DNA of 64,000 bases from the NCBI GenBank assembly GCA_018714685.1, contig DVNC01000021.1, forward strand, positions 12,693 to 76,692. Direction: 5' to 3'. The stretch is from Candidatus Scatocola faecipullorum (GTDB taxonomy: Bacteria; Pseudomonadota; Alphaproteobacteria; RF32; CAG-239). The notes under the pieces are model-generated. The model saw only the letters and a program-made list of their open reading frames with translations, did no database searches and was not told where the DNA came from. A program made the translations under genes and the position numbers. Shown here in pieces: positions 19,554-28,669 of the stretch. Positions within the stretch are counted from its first letter, which is position 1, and the number at the start of each line of letters is the position of its first letter.

Positions 19554-20033
19554 AACAGAAATAAGAACTATATGATATAGTATAAGTTTATATATGCTTT
19601 AAATCGAAAACTGTCAAATAAAGATTGGATATTTTTTCAGGGCAGATTTATGCACATTCCGACCTGCCAATTTAAAATTTAAAAAATTATGTAGTAGATT
19701 GTATATGCCTGTGACTCTTGTGGATAAATTTTGAGCCACAGAGTTATCCAGAAGTTAACAGTTTGTTAATAAAGCTGTTAACCGAAAATAAACAATCGTT
19801 AACGAATCGTTAAAACTTTTCCGGACTCAAAATGTAAACTGCAAAATTAAGTTTTTGTTAATAACTTTTTTATCCACCGGCCGGGGATGAAAAAGCTGCT
19901 TGTGCGTAAGTCAGTATATTAGATTTTACTTTATGGTGATTACTTTGTATAAATTGGAAAAAGGGCTCAGTTATACACAGGAAAAGCCTGATTTGTTGAT
20001 AAGTGAGTCAAACCTTTGATTTGAGGATTTTTT
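19554..20033. promoter_or_regulatory. Candidate chromosomal replication origin (oriC) and rho leader region
   Basis: 480-bp AT-rich intergenic region. Perfect DnaA box at 19719-19727 (tgtggataa = TTATCCACA). One-mismatch boxes at 19744-19752 (ttatccaga) and 19870-19878 (ttatccacc). Three TTAA-N7-TTAA (CtrA-box-like) motifs at 19755-19769, 19799-19813 and 19847-19861. Flanked by rho and coaE-dnaQ, as around the alphaproteobacterial Cori. Confidence 0.55.
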
Positions 20034-20618
20034 ATGAAGCTTGCAGCCATTACCGGTTCAATCGGGTGCGGAAAAACAACCCTTTCCAAAATTGTCCGCC
20101 GTCTGGGATATGTTGTTTATGATATCGACGGTTGGGTTCGCCGTTTGTATTATCAAAAGGATTTTATCAAGGTTATTGCGGCACATTTTCCGGAAGTTAT
20201 GGAAGGGGAAAAGGTCAACAAACGGAAATTGAGAAATCTGGTTTTCGGGGATAATGCCCGGTTGAAAGTTTTGGAAAGCCTGATTCATCCTTTTTTGAAG
20301 CAGACTCTGATGAATGTCCGCCGTCGAAATGCCCGCCGGGCTGATTTGTTTTTTATGGATGTTGCCCTGTTGTTCGAAATGGGCTGGGATAAATACTGCG
20401 ATTATATCGTGGTGGCTGATGTTGATTATGAGACACAAAAAATGAGAGTTATGCGGCGGGATAACATTTCAGCAGCGGATTTTGACAAGATTAACCGGAT
20501 TCAGATGGACAATGCGGCCAAAAAAGTTTTGGCCGATGTGATTATTAATACGGATAAGCCGATTAATCTGCTGAAGGTTGAGCTGCTGGCGATGATTGAA
20601 GAAATAGAGGGATGCTGA
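20034..20618 (+). CDS. coaE: Dephospho-CoA kinase
   Basis: ITGSIGCGKTT P-loop at the N-terminus, 194 aa. Confidence 0.9.
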   Translation: MKLAAITGSIGCGKTTLSKIVRRLGYVVYDIDGWVRRLYYQKDFIKVIAAHFPEVMEGEKVNKRKLRNLVFGDNARLKVLESLIHPFLKQTLMNVRRRNARRADLFFMDVALLFEMGWDKYCDYIVVADVDYETQKMRVMRRDNISAADFDKINRIQMDNAAKKVLADVIINTDKPINLLKVELLAMIEEIEGC

Positions 20619-20619
20619 G

Positions 20620-21336
20620 ATGGTCAGAGAGATTGTATTCGATACGGAAACAACGGGTTTTAATGTCAATGAAGGAGACCGTCTGGTAGAAATCGGCGCG
20701 GTGGAACTGATTAACCATATTCCGACCGGGGTTACTTACCACCAATATATAAACCCTGAGAGGGAAGTTCCGGAAGATGCTTTCAAAGTTCACGGTTTGA
20801 GTTATGATTTTTTGAAAGATTATCCGACTTTTCGCCAGGTTGCGGATGAGTGGCTTGAGTTTGTCGGTGATGCCGTTCTGGTAGCGCATAACGCTTCATT
20901 CGATATCGGCTTTTTGAACGGTCAGCTGAAAGAACTGGACAAGCCTTTGTTCACCTGGGACAGGGTTGTGGATACCCTGGAAATCGCCCGCAACCTGTTT
21001 CCCGGAGCGCGCGTTAATTTGGACGCTTTGTGCCGCCGTTACGGTATTGACAACAGTGAGCGCACGCTGCACGGGGCGCTGCTTGACGCTGATTTGCTGG
21101 CCAAGATTTATCTGGAACTGCTCGGCGGGCAGGAACCCAGTATGCTCAAGGAGGAGAAAAAGGTTTCCCGGGGAACGGTTTTTGCCGACAGTTCCGCGCA
21201 AAAGAGGGTTTTTCGCGAAGCTCGTTCCTTTCCGTTAAGCGAAGAGGAAAAGCAGCTGCATTTGGATTTTCTGGCAAATAATATCAAAGAGGCCATTTGG
21301 ACGGCAAGTGCAGAACCGGAAAAAGCCGAAGGCTGA
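20620..21336 (+). CDS. dnaQ: DNA polymerase III epsilon subunit (3'-5' exonuclease)
   Basis: Exo I motif VFDTETTG, Exo II HNASFD, Exo III HGALLDA. Confidence 0.9.
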   Translation: MVREIVFDTETTGFNVNEGDRLVEIGAVELINHIPTGVTYHQYINPEREVPEDAFKVHGLSYDFLKDYPTFRQVADEWLEFVGDAVLVAHNASFDIGFLNGQLKELDKPLFTWDRVVDTLEIARNLFPGARVNLDALCRRYGIDNSERTLHGALLDADLLAKIYLELLGGQEPSMLKEEKKVSRGTVFADSSAQKRVFREARSFPLSEEEKQLHLDFLANNIKEAIWTASAEPEKAEG

Positions 21337-21340
21337 AAAA

Positions 21341-22006
21341 ATGCCGGAAAAAGTGTTTTTGACCGTCGGACGGCACGGACGTTACAGTTACGGTGCACGC
21401 CTGCCTCTATCGGAATCCAGTATTTTGGAAGGCGTTTACCGCGGACAGGAACTGACTGCGGCGTACGGATCTTTTGATGCCGTTTACAGTTCGGATATTC
21501 CGCGGGCGAAAGCAACGGCAAACTTGCGGGCTGTCGGCGGAGATTATGCCCGGGATAAAATTGTTTACAGTCCCGAATTGACTGAGGACAGCTCTCTCGG
21601 CAGTGTGTCGCTGTTTTTGGATATTTTGGCGGCAGAAGCGTCACTGAACGGTTTCCGGCATGTTCATCTGGTGACGCATGCACCGGTTATTGAAAAGATT
21701 TTTTCCCTTTTGAGTCCGGCGATGTGTTTTGTGCCGCCCGACGGCGGTTTTACCGGGGAAATCGAAAGCTGGGAAGATTTGCGCGGACGGAAGGTGAATT
21801 TTATTCCCTGGCCGGATTATTATCCCGGATTTTCTTTATTGCTGGATTTATGGAAAGAAAATTCCGACCTTGAGGTTATCAGGCAGTATTTTGAACAATA
21901 TAAACAAACCAGCCTTGATTGGGACAAGGCCGGTTTGTTATTGGATAAAAGCTGTTATTTTAACCGGTGCGCAGCGATTGAGGACATCTATCGTCTGTTG
22001 GGCTAA
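21341..22006 (+). CDS. Histidine phosphatase (phosphoglycerate mutase-like) family protein
   Basis: RHG motif (VGRHGRYS), then the downstream catalytic H/E region. The track ORF starts at 21308, overlapping dnaQ. ATG at 21341, just after the dnaQ stop, is more plausible. Confidence 0.65.
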   Translation: MPEKVFLTVGRHGRYSYGARLPLSESSILEGVYRGQELTAAYGSFDAVYSSDIPRAKATANLRAVGGDYARDKIVYSPELTEDSSLGSVSLFLDILAAEASLNGFRHVHLVTHAPVIEKIFSLLSPAMCFVPPDGGFTGEIESWEDLRGRKVNFIPWPDYYPGFSLLLDLWKENSDLEVIRQYFEQYKQTSLDWDKAGLLLDKSCYFNRCAAIEDIYRLLG

Positions 22007-22641
22007 ATTCTTTTGTCGGCGGAGTGGCAGAAGGAGGAAACGGGACAATTCGGACAATCCGGTTTTTGTGCTTTGCAGATGTAGCGTCCGAAAAGCACCA
22101 GCCAGTGGTTGGCGTTCTTTTTGTAATTATCGGGAAGCACTTTCAGCAGATCCTTTTCAACTTCCAGCGGATTTTTGCCATCGCTCATGTTCAGGCGGTG
22201 GGATATGCGCATAACATGAGTGTCAACGGCCAAAGTCGGTTCATTGAACCAGACGTTTAAAACAACATTGGCGGTTTTACGGCCAACGCCGGCCAGGTTT
22301 TCCAATGCTTCGCGGTTATGCGGTACTTCGCCCTGATATTTTTCCGTCAGTTCTTTGCTGAGGGCGATGATGTTTTTGGCTTTGTTGTTATATAAACCGA
22401 TGGTTTTAATGTAGTGTTTCAGTTTATCCAGGCCCAGGGCTGCCATTTTTTGCGGCGTGTCGGCGATTTTGAACAATTCTTCGGTTGCCCGATTAACGCC
22501 TTTGTCCGTACTTTGCGCCGACAAAACAACAGCGACCAGCAAGGTGTAAGCATTGCTGTAATTTAATTCGCAGCGGGGATTGGGATCTTTTTGATTAAAA
22601 ATATCCATTATTTCGAGAATTTCGGCTTGGGGACGAATCAT
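22003..22641 (-). CDS. nth: Endonuclease III
   Basis: HhH-GPD motif (LPGVGRKTANVVL) and the C-terminal 4Fe-4S cluster C-x6-C-x2-C-x5-C. Confidence 0.92.
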   Translation of the reverse strand: MIRPQAEILEIMDIFNQKDPNPRCELNYSNAYTLLVAVVLSAQSTDKGVNRATEELFKIADTPQKMAALGLDKLKHYIKTIGLYNNKAKNIIALSKELTEKYQGEVPHNREALENLAGVGRKTANVVLNVWFNEPTLAVDTHVMRISHRLNMSDGKNPLEVEKDLLKVLPDNYKKNANHWLVLFGRYICKAQKPDCPNCPVSSFCHSADKRI

Positions 22642-23714
22642 GCTTTTACTCCTCCGGCACCGGCAGCTTTTGGAGCGTTAGCATCTAACGGCCAACGCGG
22701 GCGCGGTTTGAAATCCAAATCATTGGTAAAACCCCGGCGGAATCTTTCCAATCCGGCCCAGGCTATCATAACGCCGTTGTCGGTACAGAATTTTATCGGC
22801 GGCGCTGCAAAGGCAAGGCCGTGCCTGTCAGCCAGCAGACGAAGCTGTTCGCGCAAATAAGTGTTGGCGGCAACTCCGCCGGAAACGACCAGATCTTTGC
22901 CTTGCGGAAAATTTGTTTTAAAATATTTAATTGCCCTTTCCAATTTGCGAACCAGGCAGTCGGCAGCGGCAGTCTGGAATGCGGCACAGATGTCGGCTGC
23001 TTCTCTTTTGCGCATAATTGCATGTTCAATTTTTCCGTCCGGGGAATAAGATTCAATAATTTTGCGGACGGCGGTTTTTAAACCGGAGAAAGACAAATTG
23101 CAGTCGCCCGAATTTTGCAGCGGGCGTGGAAGAATGAAACGTTCGGGGTTGCCGACCGAAGCCATTTTTTCAATCATCGGGCCGCCGGGATAACCGAGAT
23201 TCAGCATTTTGGCGACTTTATCAAAAGCTTCGCCCGCCGCGTCGTCAATTGTGGTGCCGAGACGTTCAAAATCGCCGACGTCTTTAACTATCAGAATTTG
23301 ACAGTGTCCGCCGGAAACCAAAAGCAGCAGATAAGGGTAAACAACGTCTTCGCTGAGGCGGGCGCAGAGTGCATGGCCTTCCAGATGATTGACGGCAATG
23401 AAAGGTTTGTTGAGGGCAAGTGCCAGAGCTTTGGCTGCCATAACGCCGACAACCACGCCGCCGATGAGTCCGGGACCCGACGAAGCGGCAATCGCATCCA
23501 AATCTTCCAATCGGATACCGGCTTTGCTGACGCAGCTTTCAATGATTTCATCAATATGGTCAAGATGTGAACGGGCTGCTATTTCAGGCACGACACCGCC
23601 GAAAACTTTGTGTTCTTCCTGAGAAAGCAGACTTTGTCCGAGAATTTCCCTTTTTTCGTTGACGACAGCGGCTGCCGTTTCATCGCAGCTGCTTTCAATT
23701 CCCAATACCAACAT
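22638..23714 (-). CDS. tsaD: tRNA N6-adenosine threonylcarbamoyltransferase TsaD
   Basis: LGIESSCDETAAAV N-terminus, SGGVAAN, 358 aa. Confidence 0.95.
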   Translation of the reverse strand: MLVLGIESSCDETAAAVVNEKREILGQSLLSQEEHKVFGGVVPEIAARSHLDHIDEIIESCVSKAGIRLEDLDAIAASSGPGLIGGVVVGVMAAKALALALNKPFIAVNHLEGHALCARLSEDVVYPYLLLLVSGGHCQILIVKDVGDFERLGTTIDDAAGEAFDKVAKMLNLGYPGGPMIEKMASVGNPERFILPRPLQNSGDCNLSFSGLKTAVRKIIESYSPDGKIEHAIMRKREAADICAAFQTAAADCLVRKLERAIKYFKTNFPQGKDLVVSGGVAANTYLREQLRLLADRHGLAFAAPPIKFCTDNGVMIAWAGLERFRRGFTNDLDFKPRPRWPLDANAPKAAGAGGVKA

Positions 23715-23807
23715 TTTTATTATCCGTTTTTATTTATTGCAGTTTTTTTTAAATTATATACACTATAAAAAGTTTATTGCCAAGAATTATCACAAGAGGA
23801 TTATAAA

Positions 23808-24836
23808 ATGGTCAAAAGTGTTGAAAACAAGCCGGTTGAGGTTTCAAAAAGCCAGATTGCCGCCACAGCCAAAAAAGCGATGCTCAGAATTGTTTTCTGG
23901 GTGCTTTTCCTGGGGATTTTATACGGATTATGGCTGAATCCGCAGATTATTACCAATATGGTCAAGTTTATTTCAATGCAGACGGCCACAGAGGAATCCC
24001 AAGAAGAAAATACGGTCCAGGAAGATGAATTTTATCGGCGGATGAATGTGCTGCAAAACCAGATTAACCAGCTGCAAAATCAAATCAGCTCTTTGCCGGA
24101 GGGAAGCAGTGCTACGGTTGATTTAAGCCGTTTTGACAGCAAATTGGAGGCGATAGAAAAGCAAAATCTCAACGTGATTGATTCCAAGGCGGACGTGGCA
24201 ACGGTTTTGGGGATTATTACCCGGTTGGACAAGATTGAAGAGCGGTTGGATACTTTGGCCAAAATCAGCGATGACGGTGCTTTGGTTCTGACGGCGACGA
24301 TGATGGTTAAGGAAAGTTCGGAAAACGGCACCAATTTTGCTTATGAGGCGGAAATTTTGCAGCAACTGGCCAAAAACGATACGGCCATTCAAGGCGATGT
24401 GGAAACGATTTCGCGTTATGCGCGGGAGGGCGTCAAGTCGCAGAACAGTCTGATTAACGAGTTTAAGAAAATTTACCGTCGTTTGGCAAAAGTTCAAACC
24501 AAGCAGGATTTGGAAGGCAAGAACTGGAAAGAGGTTTTGAATATTAAATTTAACGAAGTGGTCAAAGTCAAAAGAGTCAATGACGTTCTTTCTCCGCAGA
24601 ACGAAGCCGAAAACGAAAACAATTTCAAAAAAATAAACGAAGAAGTTAAAAACGGAAATCTGCAGCAGGCTTTGGACGGGCTGCACCAGCTTGACAGTTC
24701 ATTTATTGTCAACGACCCGGCTATGCAAAAGTGGATGGCAGAGGTTCAGGCACGCATTAATTTCAATCAGGCGATAGCCAATATTTCGGCACATTCACTG
24801 GCTTTGATGAAAGTGAACAGCATTAAAAGCAATTAA
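23808..24836 (+). CDS. Hypothetical membrane-anchored coiled-coil protein (342 aa)
   Basis: One N-terminal TM helix, then long heptad-like Q/E/K-rich sequence. No catalytic motif. Confidence 0.4.
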   Translation: MVKSVENKPVEVSKSQIAATAKKAMLRIVFWVLFLGILYGLWLNPQIITNMVKFISMQTATEESQEENTVQEDEFYRRMNVLQNQINQLQNQISSLPEGSSATVDLSRFDSKLEAIEKQNLNVIDSKADVATVLGIITRLDKIEERLDTLAKISDDGALVLTATMMVKESSENGTNFAYEAEILQQLAKNDTAIQGDVETISRYAREGVKSQNSLINEFKKIYRRLAKVQTKQDLEGKNWKEVLNIKFNEVVKVKRVNDVLSPQNEAENENNFKKINEEVKNGNLQQALDGLHQLDSSFIVNDPAMQKWMAEVQARINFNQAIANISAHSLALMKVNSIKSN

Positions 24837-24850
24837 CTTGCGAGGCAGGC

Positions 24851-26248
24851 ATGACTAACGAAGAATTAAAGAAAATCTGGTCAGAAAAATTTGCGGTTGT
24901 TCCGCAGGTTTTGGAAAATATGAAACAGGTTCAGGCGGCGGCAACGGCATTTAACACCAATGTAGACGCAGTGGTTAAAATCAGCGGCGCGAAAATTGCC
25001 GAGCTGGCGGCTGGTTTGGGAATGGATTTGGCCGAGCTGGAAGATGTGCGGCAGACTAAGCTGGATTCAGGCAAAGACGTGGTTAAAGGCATTTTCAAAT
25101 GTTTTACCAAAGGGATTGCCGAAGAATGGCTGACCGAAGACAAACAAGTTTATGACTGGATGGTAAACAATCTGGGGTATGACCGTCTGCAAATGGGCGG
25201 TCAGGGCGGAATTGTGGCCAATGTTCTGGCGGTTACCGGCGTCAACAAAGTCTATGCCCATGCCAATTCTCTGCCGAAGTTACAGGCCCAACAGTTTTTA
25301 GAATTGGACAATTTGGTTTCTTTTGATGAAAAAGGGGCCGAAAAACCGGCTTATCTGATTAACCGGGAAGTTGACATTCCTTTGATACACTGGATTATCG
25401 AATTTGACCGGAATGATACGGTGCATATCGGCGGCAAAGATTTCAAATGTCCGAAATCGAACCGTTTTATTGCCACGTATGATCCGTTAAATCTGCATTT
25501 GGTTATGGATCGTCATTTTATTGATGCAACCGGCCGCCGCAAAATGGATTATGTGGTTTTATCCGGTTTTCATGCTCTGACGGAACACAACGACGGCGTA
25601 CGCCTGCAGGAAGGCGCTTTACCGATTATTGAAAACTGGAAAAAGCAGGGAGATATCGTTCATTTGGAGATTGCCTCCACGCAGGATATTGCGGTGCGCA
25701 AGTCGATTATCAAATCGATTGCCCCGATTGTGGATTCAATCGGCATTAACGAGCGTGAAGCTATTGACATTTTGGAGGTTTCCGGATGTGAAAAACAGGC
25801 GGAAGCCTGCAATGCACGGACAAACAGCGTTAATATGTTTGAAGCATTGATGTTGATAAAGAAAATTATCAAAGCGCCGCGCATTCAACTGCATATGTTC
25901 GGTTTGTATATGACGCTGCAGGATAAAGGCTTTAAAATTACACCGGAAGCCAATTTGCGCGGAATGATGCTGGCTGCGACCGTTGCCGCCAGCAAAGCCG
26001 GCACCGGAAACATTAACAAAAAAGAAAATCTGCTGTGGGCTCACGGCGAGCAGGTTTCTGATGTGGGATTAAAAGAATTGTCTGATTTGGCTAACCATTT
26101 GCACAAACCGGAGTTAACGGAAACCGGCATTACCGAGGTTGACGGTTTTGATTTGATAGCCCTGCCGACTATTTTGGTAGAAAAACCGCTGACGCTGGTA
26201 GGCATGGGTGATACGATTTCATCGCTTTCACTGATAGGTTCAAGGTAA
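24851..26248 (+). CDS. ADP-dependent sugar kinase family protein (ADP-glucokinase/ADP-phosphofructokinase-like, ribokinase superfamily)
   Basis: ADP_PFK_GK-type motifs: NTNVDAV near the N-terminus, MGGQGGIVANVLA, HLEIAS, VDSIGINEREA, and the C-terminal GXGD catalytic motif VGMGDTISS. Confidence 0.65.
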   Translation: MTNEELKKIWSEKFAVVPQVLENMKQVQAAATAFNTNVDAVVKISGAKIAELAAGLGMDLAELEDVRQTKLDSGKDVVKGIFKCFTKGIAEEWLTEDKQVYDWMVNNLGYDRLQMGGQGGIVANVLAVTGVNKVYAHANSLPKLQAQQFLELDNLVSFDEKGAEKPAYLINREVDIPLIHWIIEFDRNDTVHIGGKDFKCPKSNRFIATYDPLNLHLVMDRHFIDATGRRKMDYVVLSGFHALTEHNDGVRLQEGALPIIENWKKQGDIVHLEIASTQDIAVRKSIIKSIAPIVDSIGINEREAIDILEVSGCEKQAEACNARTNSVNMFEALMLIKKIIKAPRIQLHMFGLYMTLQDKGFKITPEANLRGMMLAATVAASKAGTGNINKKENLLWAHGEQVSDVGLKELSDLANHLHKPELTETGITEVDGFDLIALPTILVEKPLTLVGMGDTISSLSLIGSR

Positions 26249-26333
26249 TCATCGTCTTTTTTGAGGTTTCAGGAGAGATTTTATATAAACCTATCGGGAA
26301 ACCGAATCAGCAGAGAATGTTTCTCCAGACACA

Positions 26334-26362
26334 AAAAAACCGCTGTTTAAGCGGTTTTTTTG
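26334..26362. terminator. Bidirectional terminator between ADP-kinase gene and aroK
   Basis: aaaaaaaccgc tgttta agcggttttttt hairpin with A/T tracts. Confidence 0.55.
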
Positions 26363-26895
26363 GATGAAAGAAAATTGTCAATGGCGTCAATAACGCGGAG
26401 AACCGTGTTATCAACCTGTTCTTCTCTGGTTTCGACCACAATATCTGCTTCGGAATAATAGGGATATTCTTCACTGATATATTTTTCGAGTTTGTTTTTG
26501 AGGTGGGAATCGTCACCTTCGAGAAAAGGGCGGTGTTTGCGTCCGGCGGTGCGGTTATACAAAACGTCAACATCGGCTTTCAGCCAGACGGTTATTGCAT
26601 GAATTTTTGCCAGTTCGCGGGTTTGTTCGGCAACAAAAGAACCGCCGCCGGAAGCCAGAACACAGGGTGCTCCCTGCAGCAGACGTTTCATAACCCGTTT
26701 TTCGCCGGCACGATATTCTTCTTCACCGAAACATTTCAGCACATCGACTAATGATAAACCGGCTGCTTTCTCAATTTCCTGGTCGCCGTCGACAAAAGGC
26801 AGATTGAGCTTTTTGGCCAATCTTTTTCCGACGCTGGTTTTACCGCTGCCCATCAGGCCGACCAGCAATATTATTTTATCAATTTTTTTTATCAT
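26347..26895 (-). CDS. aroK: Shikimate kinase
   Basis: Walker A LVGLMGSGKTSVGKRLA, 182 aa. Confidence 0.85.
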   Translation of the reverse strand: MIKKIDKIILLVGLMGSGKTSVGKRLAKKLNLPFVDGDQEIEKAAGLSLVDVLKCFGEEEYRAGEKRVMKRLLQGAPCVLASGGGSFVAEQTRELAKIHAITVWLKADVDVLYNRTAGRKHRPFLEGDDSHLKNKLEKYISEEYPYYSEADIVVETREEQVDNTVLRVIDAIDNFLSSKKTA

Positions 26896-26986
26896 AACCT
26901 ATTTTTTAATTCTTCTTTCAAGTTTATTATGCTAGATAATATAAAGACTTGAAATTTTATCAACATTTTTTTTAAGGTTATAGCTT

Positions 26987-27130
26987 ATGAGACAGAAAAA
27001 ATCAAATTTAATCTATTATGTTATCGGAATCGTTGTTTTGGCAGGTGTCTTGTTTGTTGCCTCACAGGAAGTTCCGGTTAAGGTCGAGCAGGTGGAACAG
27101 CCGCTGGAAAACAGTTTTCTGAACAAATAG
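26987..27130 (+). CDS. Possible small membrane protein (47 aa) upstream of the xer gene
   Basis: ATG...TAG ORF read by hand: MRQKKSNLIYYVIGIVVLAGVLFVASQEVPVKVEQVEQPLENSFLNK. One TM helix and a weak Shine-Dalgarno sequence. Not in the track because it is under 60 aa. Confidence 0.25.
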   Translation: MRQKKSNLIYYVIGIVVLAGVLFVASQEVPVKVEQVEQPLENSFLNK

Positions 27131-27138
27131 GCTGTACG

Positions 27139-28044
27139 ATGGGCAATGAGGCCGTTAATCGATTTTTGGAGATGATGTCCGCAGAAAGGGGCGCCTCAGC
27201 CAATACGCTGGAAGCTTATGGGCGTGATGTTGAAGAATTTCTGACATTTTGCGGAGGCATGGCGTTGAAGGAAATCAGCCGCGATGACGTTGGTGATTTT
27301 GTTCAATATCTCGGCCGGGAGGGGCGGTCGCCGAAGACGGTGGCGCGGAAGCTCTCGGCGGTGCGGGAATTTTTCAAATTTCTATATACCGAAAAAGACA
27401 TTAAAGACAATCCGGCGGCGGATGTTCTGACACCAAAGCAGGAAAAACCTCTGCCCAAATTTCTGTCGGAAGATGAAATCAAACGGCTGATTGCCGCGGC
27501 AAAAGAAAGTTCCGGGCCGAAGGGCAGGCAGATGACAGCCATGCTGGAGCTGATGTATGCCAGCGGCCTGCGGGTTTCAGAGCTGGTTTCTTTACCGGAA
27601 AACTGCATTAATTTTGACCGGAGACAGGTTTTCGTACGCGGCAAAGGCAGTAAGGAAAGGGTTGTTCCGGTGGCTCCGGCGGCCATTCAGGCCGTTTTTG
27701 ACTATCTTGAACAGCGGGATTGTTTTATTCGTGAAGGGCGGCGTTCCATCTGGCTGTTTCCCTCCAAAAGTTCCCGCAGCGGACATATCAGCAGAGATAC
27801 TTTTTTTAAGCGCCTTAAAGAACTGGCTGTCAAAGCCGGTATTTATCCTTCCCGGGTGACGCCTCACGTTTTAAGACATTCTTTTGCGACGCATTTGCTT
27901 AACCACAACGCCGATTTGCGTTCGGTGCAGAAAATGCTCGGGCATGAAAGCATCAACACGACAGAGATTTATACCCATATTTTATCGGATAAGCTTTTGG
28001 AAACCGTTCAAAAATTGCACCCTTTGGCCGGCAAACATTCTTAA
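27139..28044 (+). CDS. Tyrosine recombinase XerC/XerD family (XerD-like)
   Basis: Catalytic R...HxxR...Y signature (RHSFATHLL, LGHESINTTEIYTH). Size and organisation fit chromosome-dimer-resolution Xer recombinases. Confidence 0.85.
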   Translation: MGNEAVNRFLEMMSAERGASANTLEAYGRDVEEFLTFCGGMALKEISRDDVGDFVQYLGREGRSPKTVARKLSAVREFFKFLYTEKDIKDNPAADVLTPKQEKPLPKFLSEDEIKRLIAAAKESSGPKGRQMTAMLELMYASGLRVSELVSLPENCINFDRRQVFVRGKGSKERVVPVAPAAIQAVFDYLEQRDCFIREGRRSIWLFPSKSSRSGHISRDTFFKRLKELAVKAGIYPSRVTPHVLRHSFATHLLNHNADLRSVQKMLGHESINTTEIYTHILSDKLLETVQKLHPLAGKHS

Positions 28045-28138
28045 GTTGATTTCCTTTCTGAAAGGGTTTATAGTGCAACTATAGGTAAACTTAAAAGAAA
28101 ATGCCGCCTATCTGGCAAAGTTTGGTGAGAAGGAGTGT

Positions 28139-28612
28139 ATGATGGCCGGAAAAGTAAATAAAAGAGGACGAATGCCCGACGGGACACCTAATCCGGTGGA
28201 TGTGCATGTCGGAAAGAAAATTTTTACAAGACGGATTGAGCTGGGTTTATCAATGGAGAAACTGGCGTCTTCCGTCGGATTGACCTTTCAGCAGGTTCAG
28301 AAATACGAGAGAGGGATGAACCGGGTCAGCGCCAGCCGTTTGTTTGACTTCAGCAAAGTTTTAGGTGTGCCGATTAATTATTTTTTCTCAGATTTGGATA
28401 ATATGACGGAGCAAAACAGTCATAGTTTGTTCTGCCGTCAGCCGGGGCAAGGGGAAGAAGATGATTTTGATGATCCGCTTTGCCGTGAAGAAAGCCGCGT
28501 TTTGGCAGCCGCTTATTATAAAATTGCCGACCGGAGTATTGCGAAGACTCTGTTTGAGCTGATGAAGGCGCTCAGCCGGCCCAATGAAAGAACGATCGAA
28601 AAGCAAGATTAA
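28139..28612 (+). CDS. XRE-family HTH transcriptional regulator
   Basis: HTH_XRE core ([41 protein letters not shown]) with an acidic C-terminal extension. Confidence 0.7.
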   Translation: [157 protein letters not shown]

Positions 28613-28623
28613 TCAGTATAATA

Positions 28624-28657
28624 AAAAAGGGCGGCGAAATGCCGTCCTTTTTTTTGC
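28624..28657. terminator. Hairpin terminator between XRE gene and convergent hypothetical gene
   Basis: aagggcggc gaaat gccgtcctt stem (one G-U pair) followed by a T8 run. Confidence 0.5.
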
Positions 28658-28669
28658 AGACTGCAGTAT

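Noticed and set aside
23715-23807. TTATCCGTT, a DnaA-box-like sequence upstream of the coiled-coil gene
   Set aside because: A single degenerate match with no clustering. The 19.55-20.03 kb region is a far better origin candidate.
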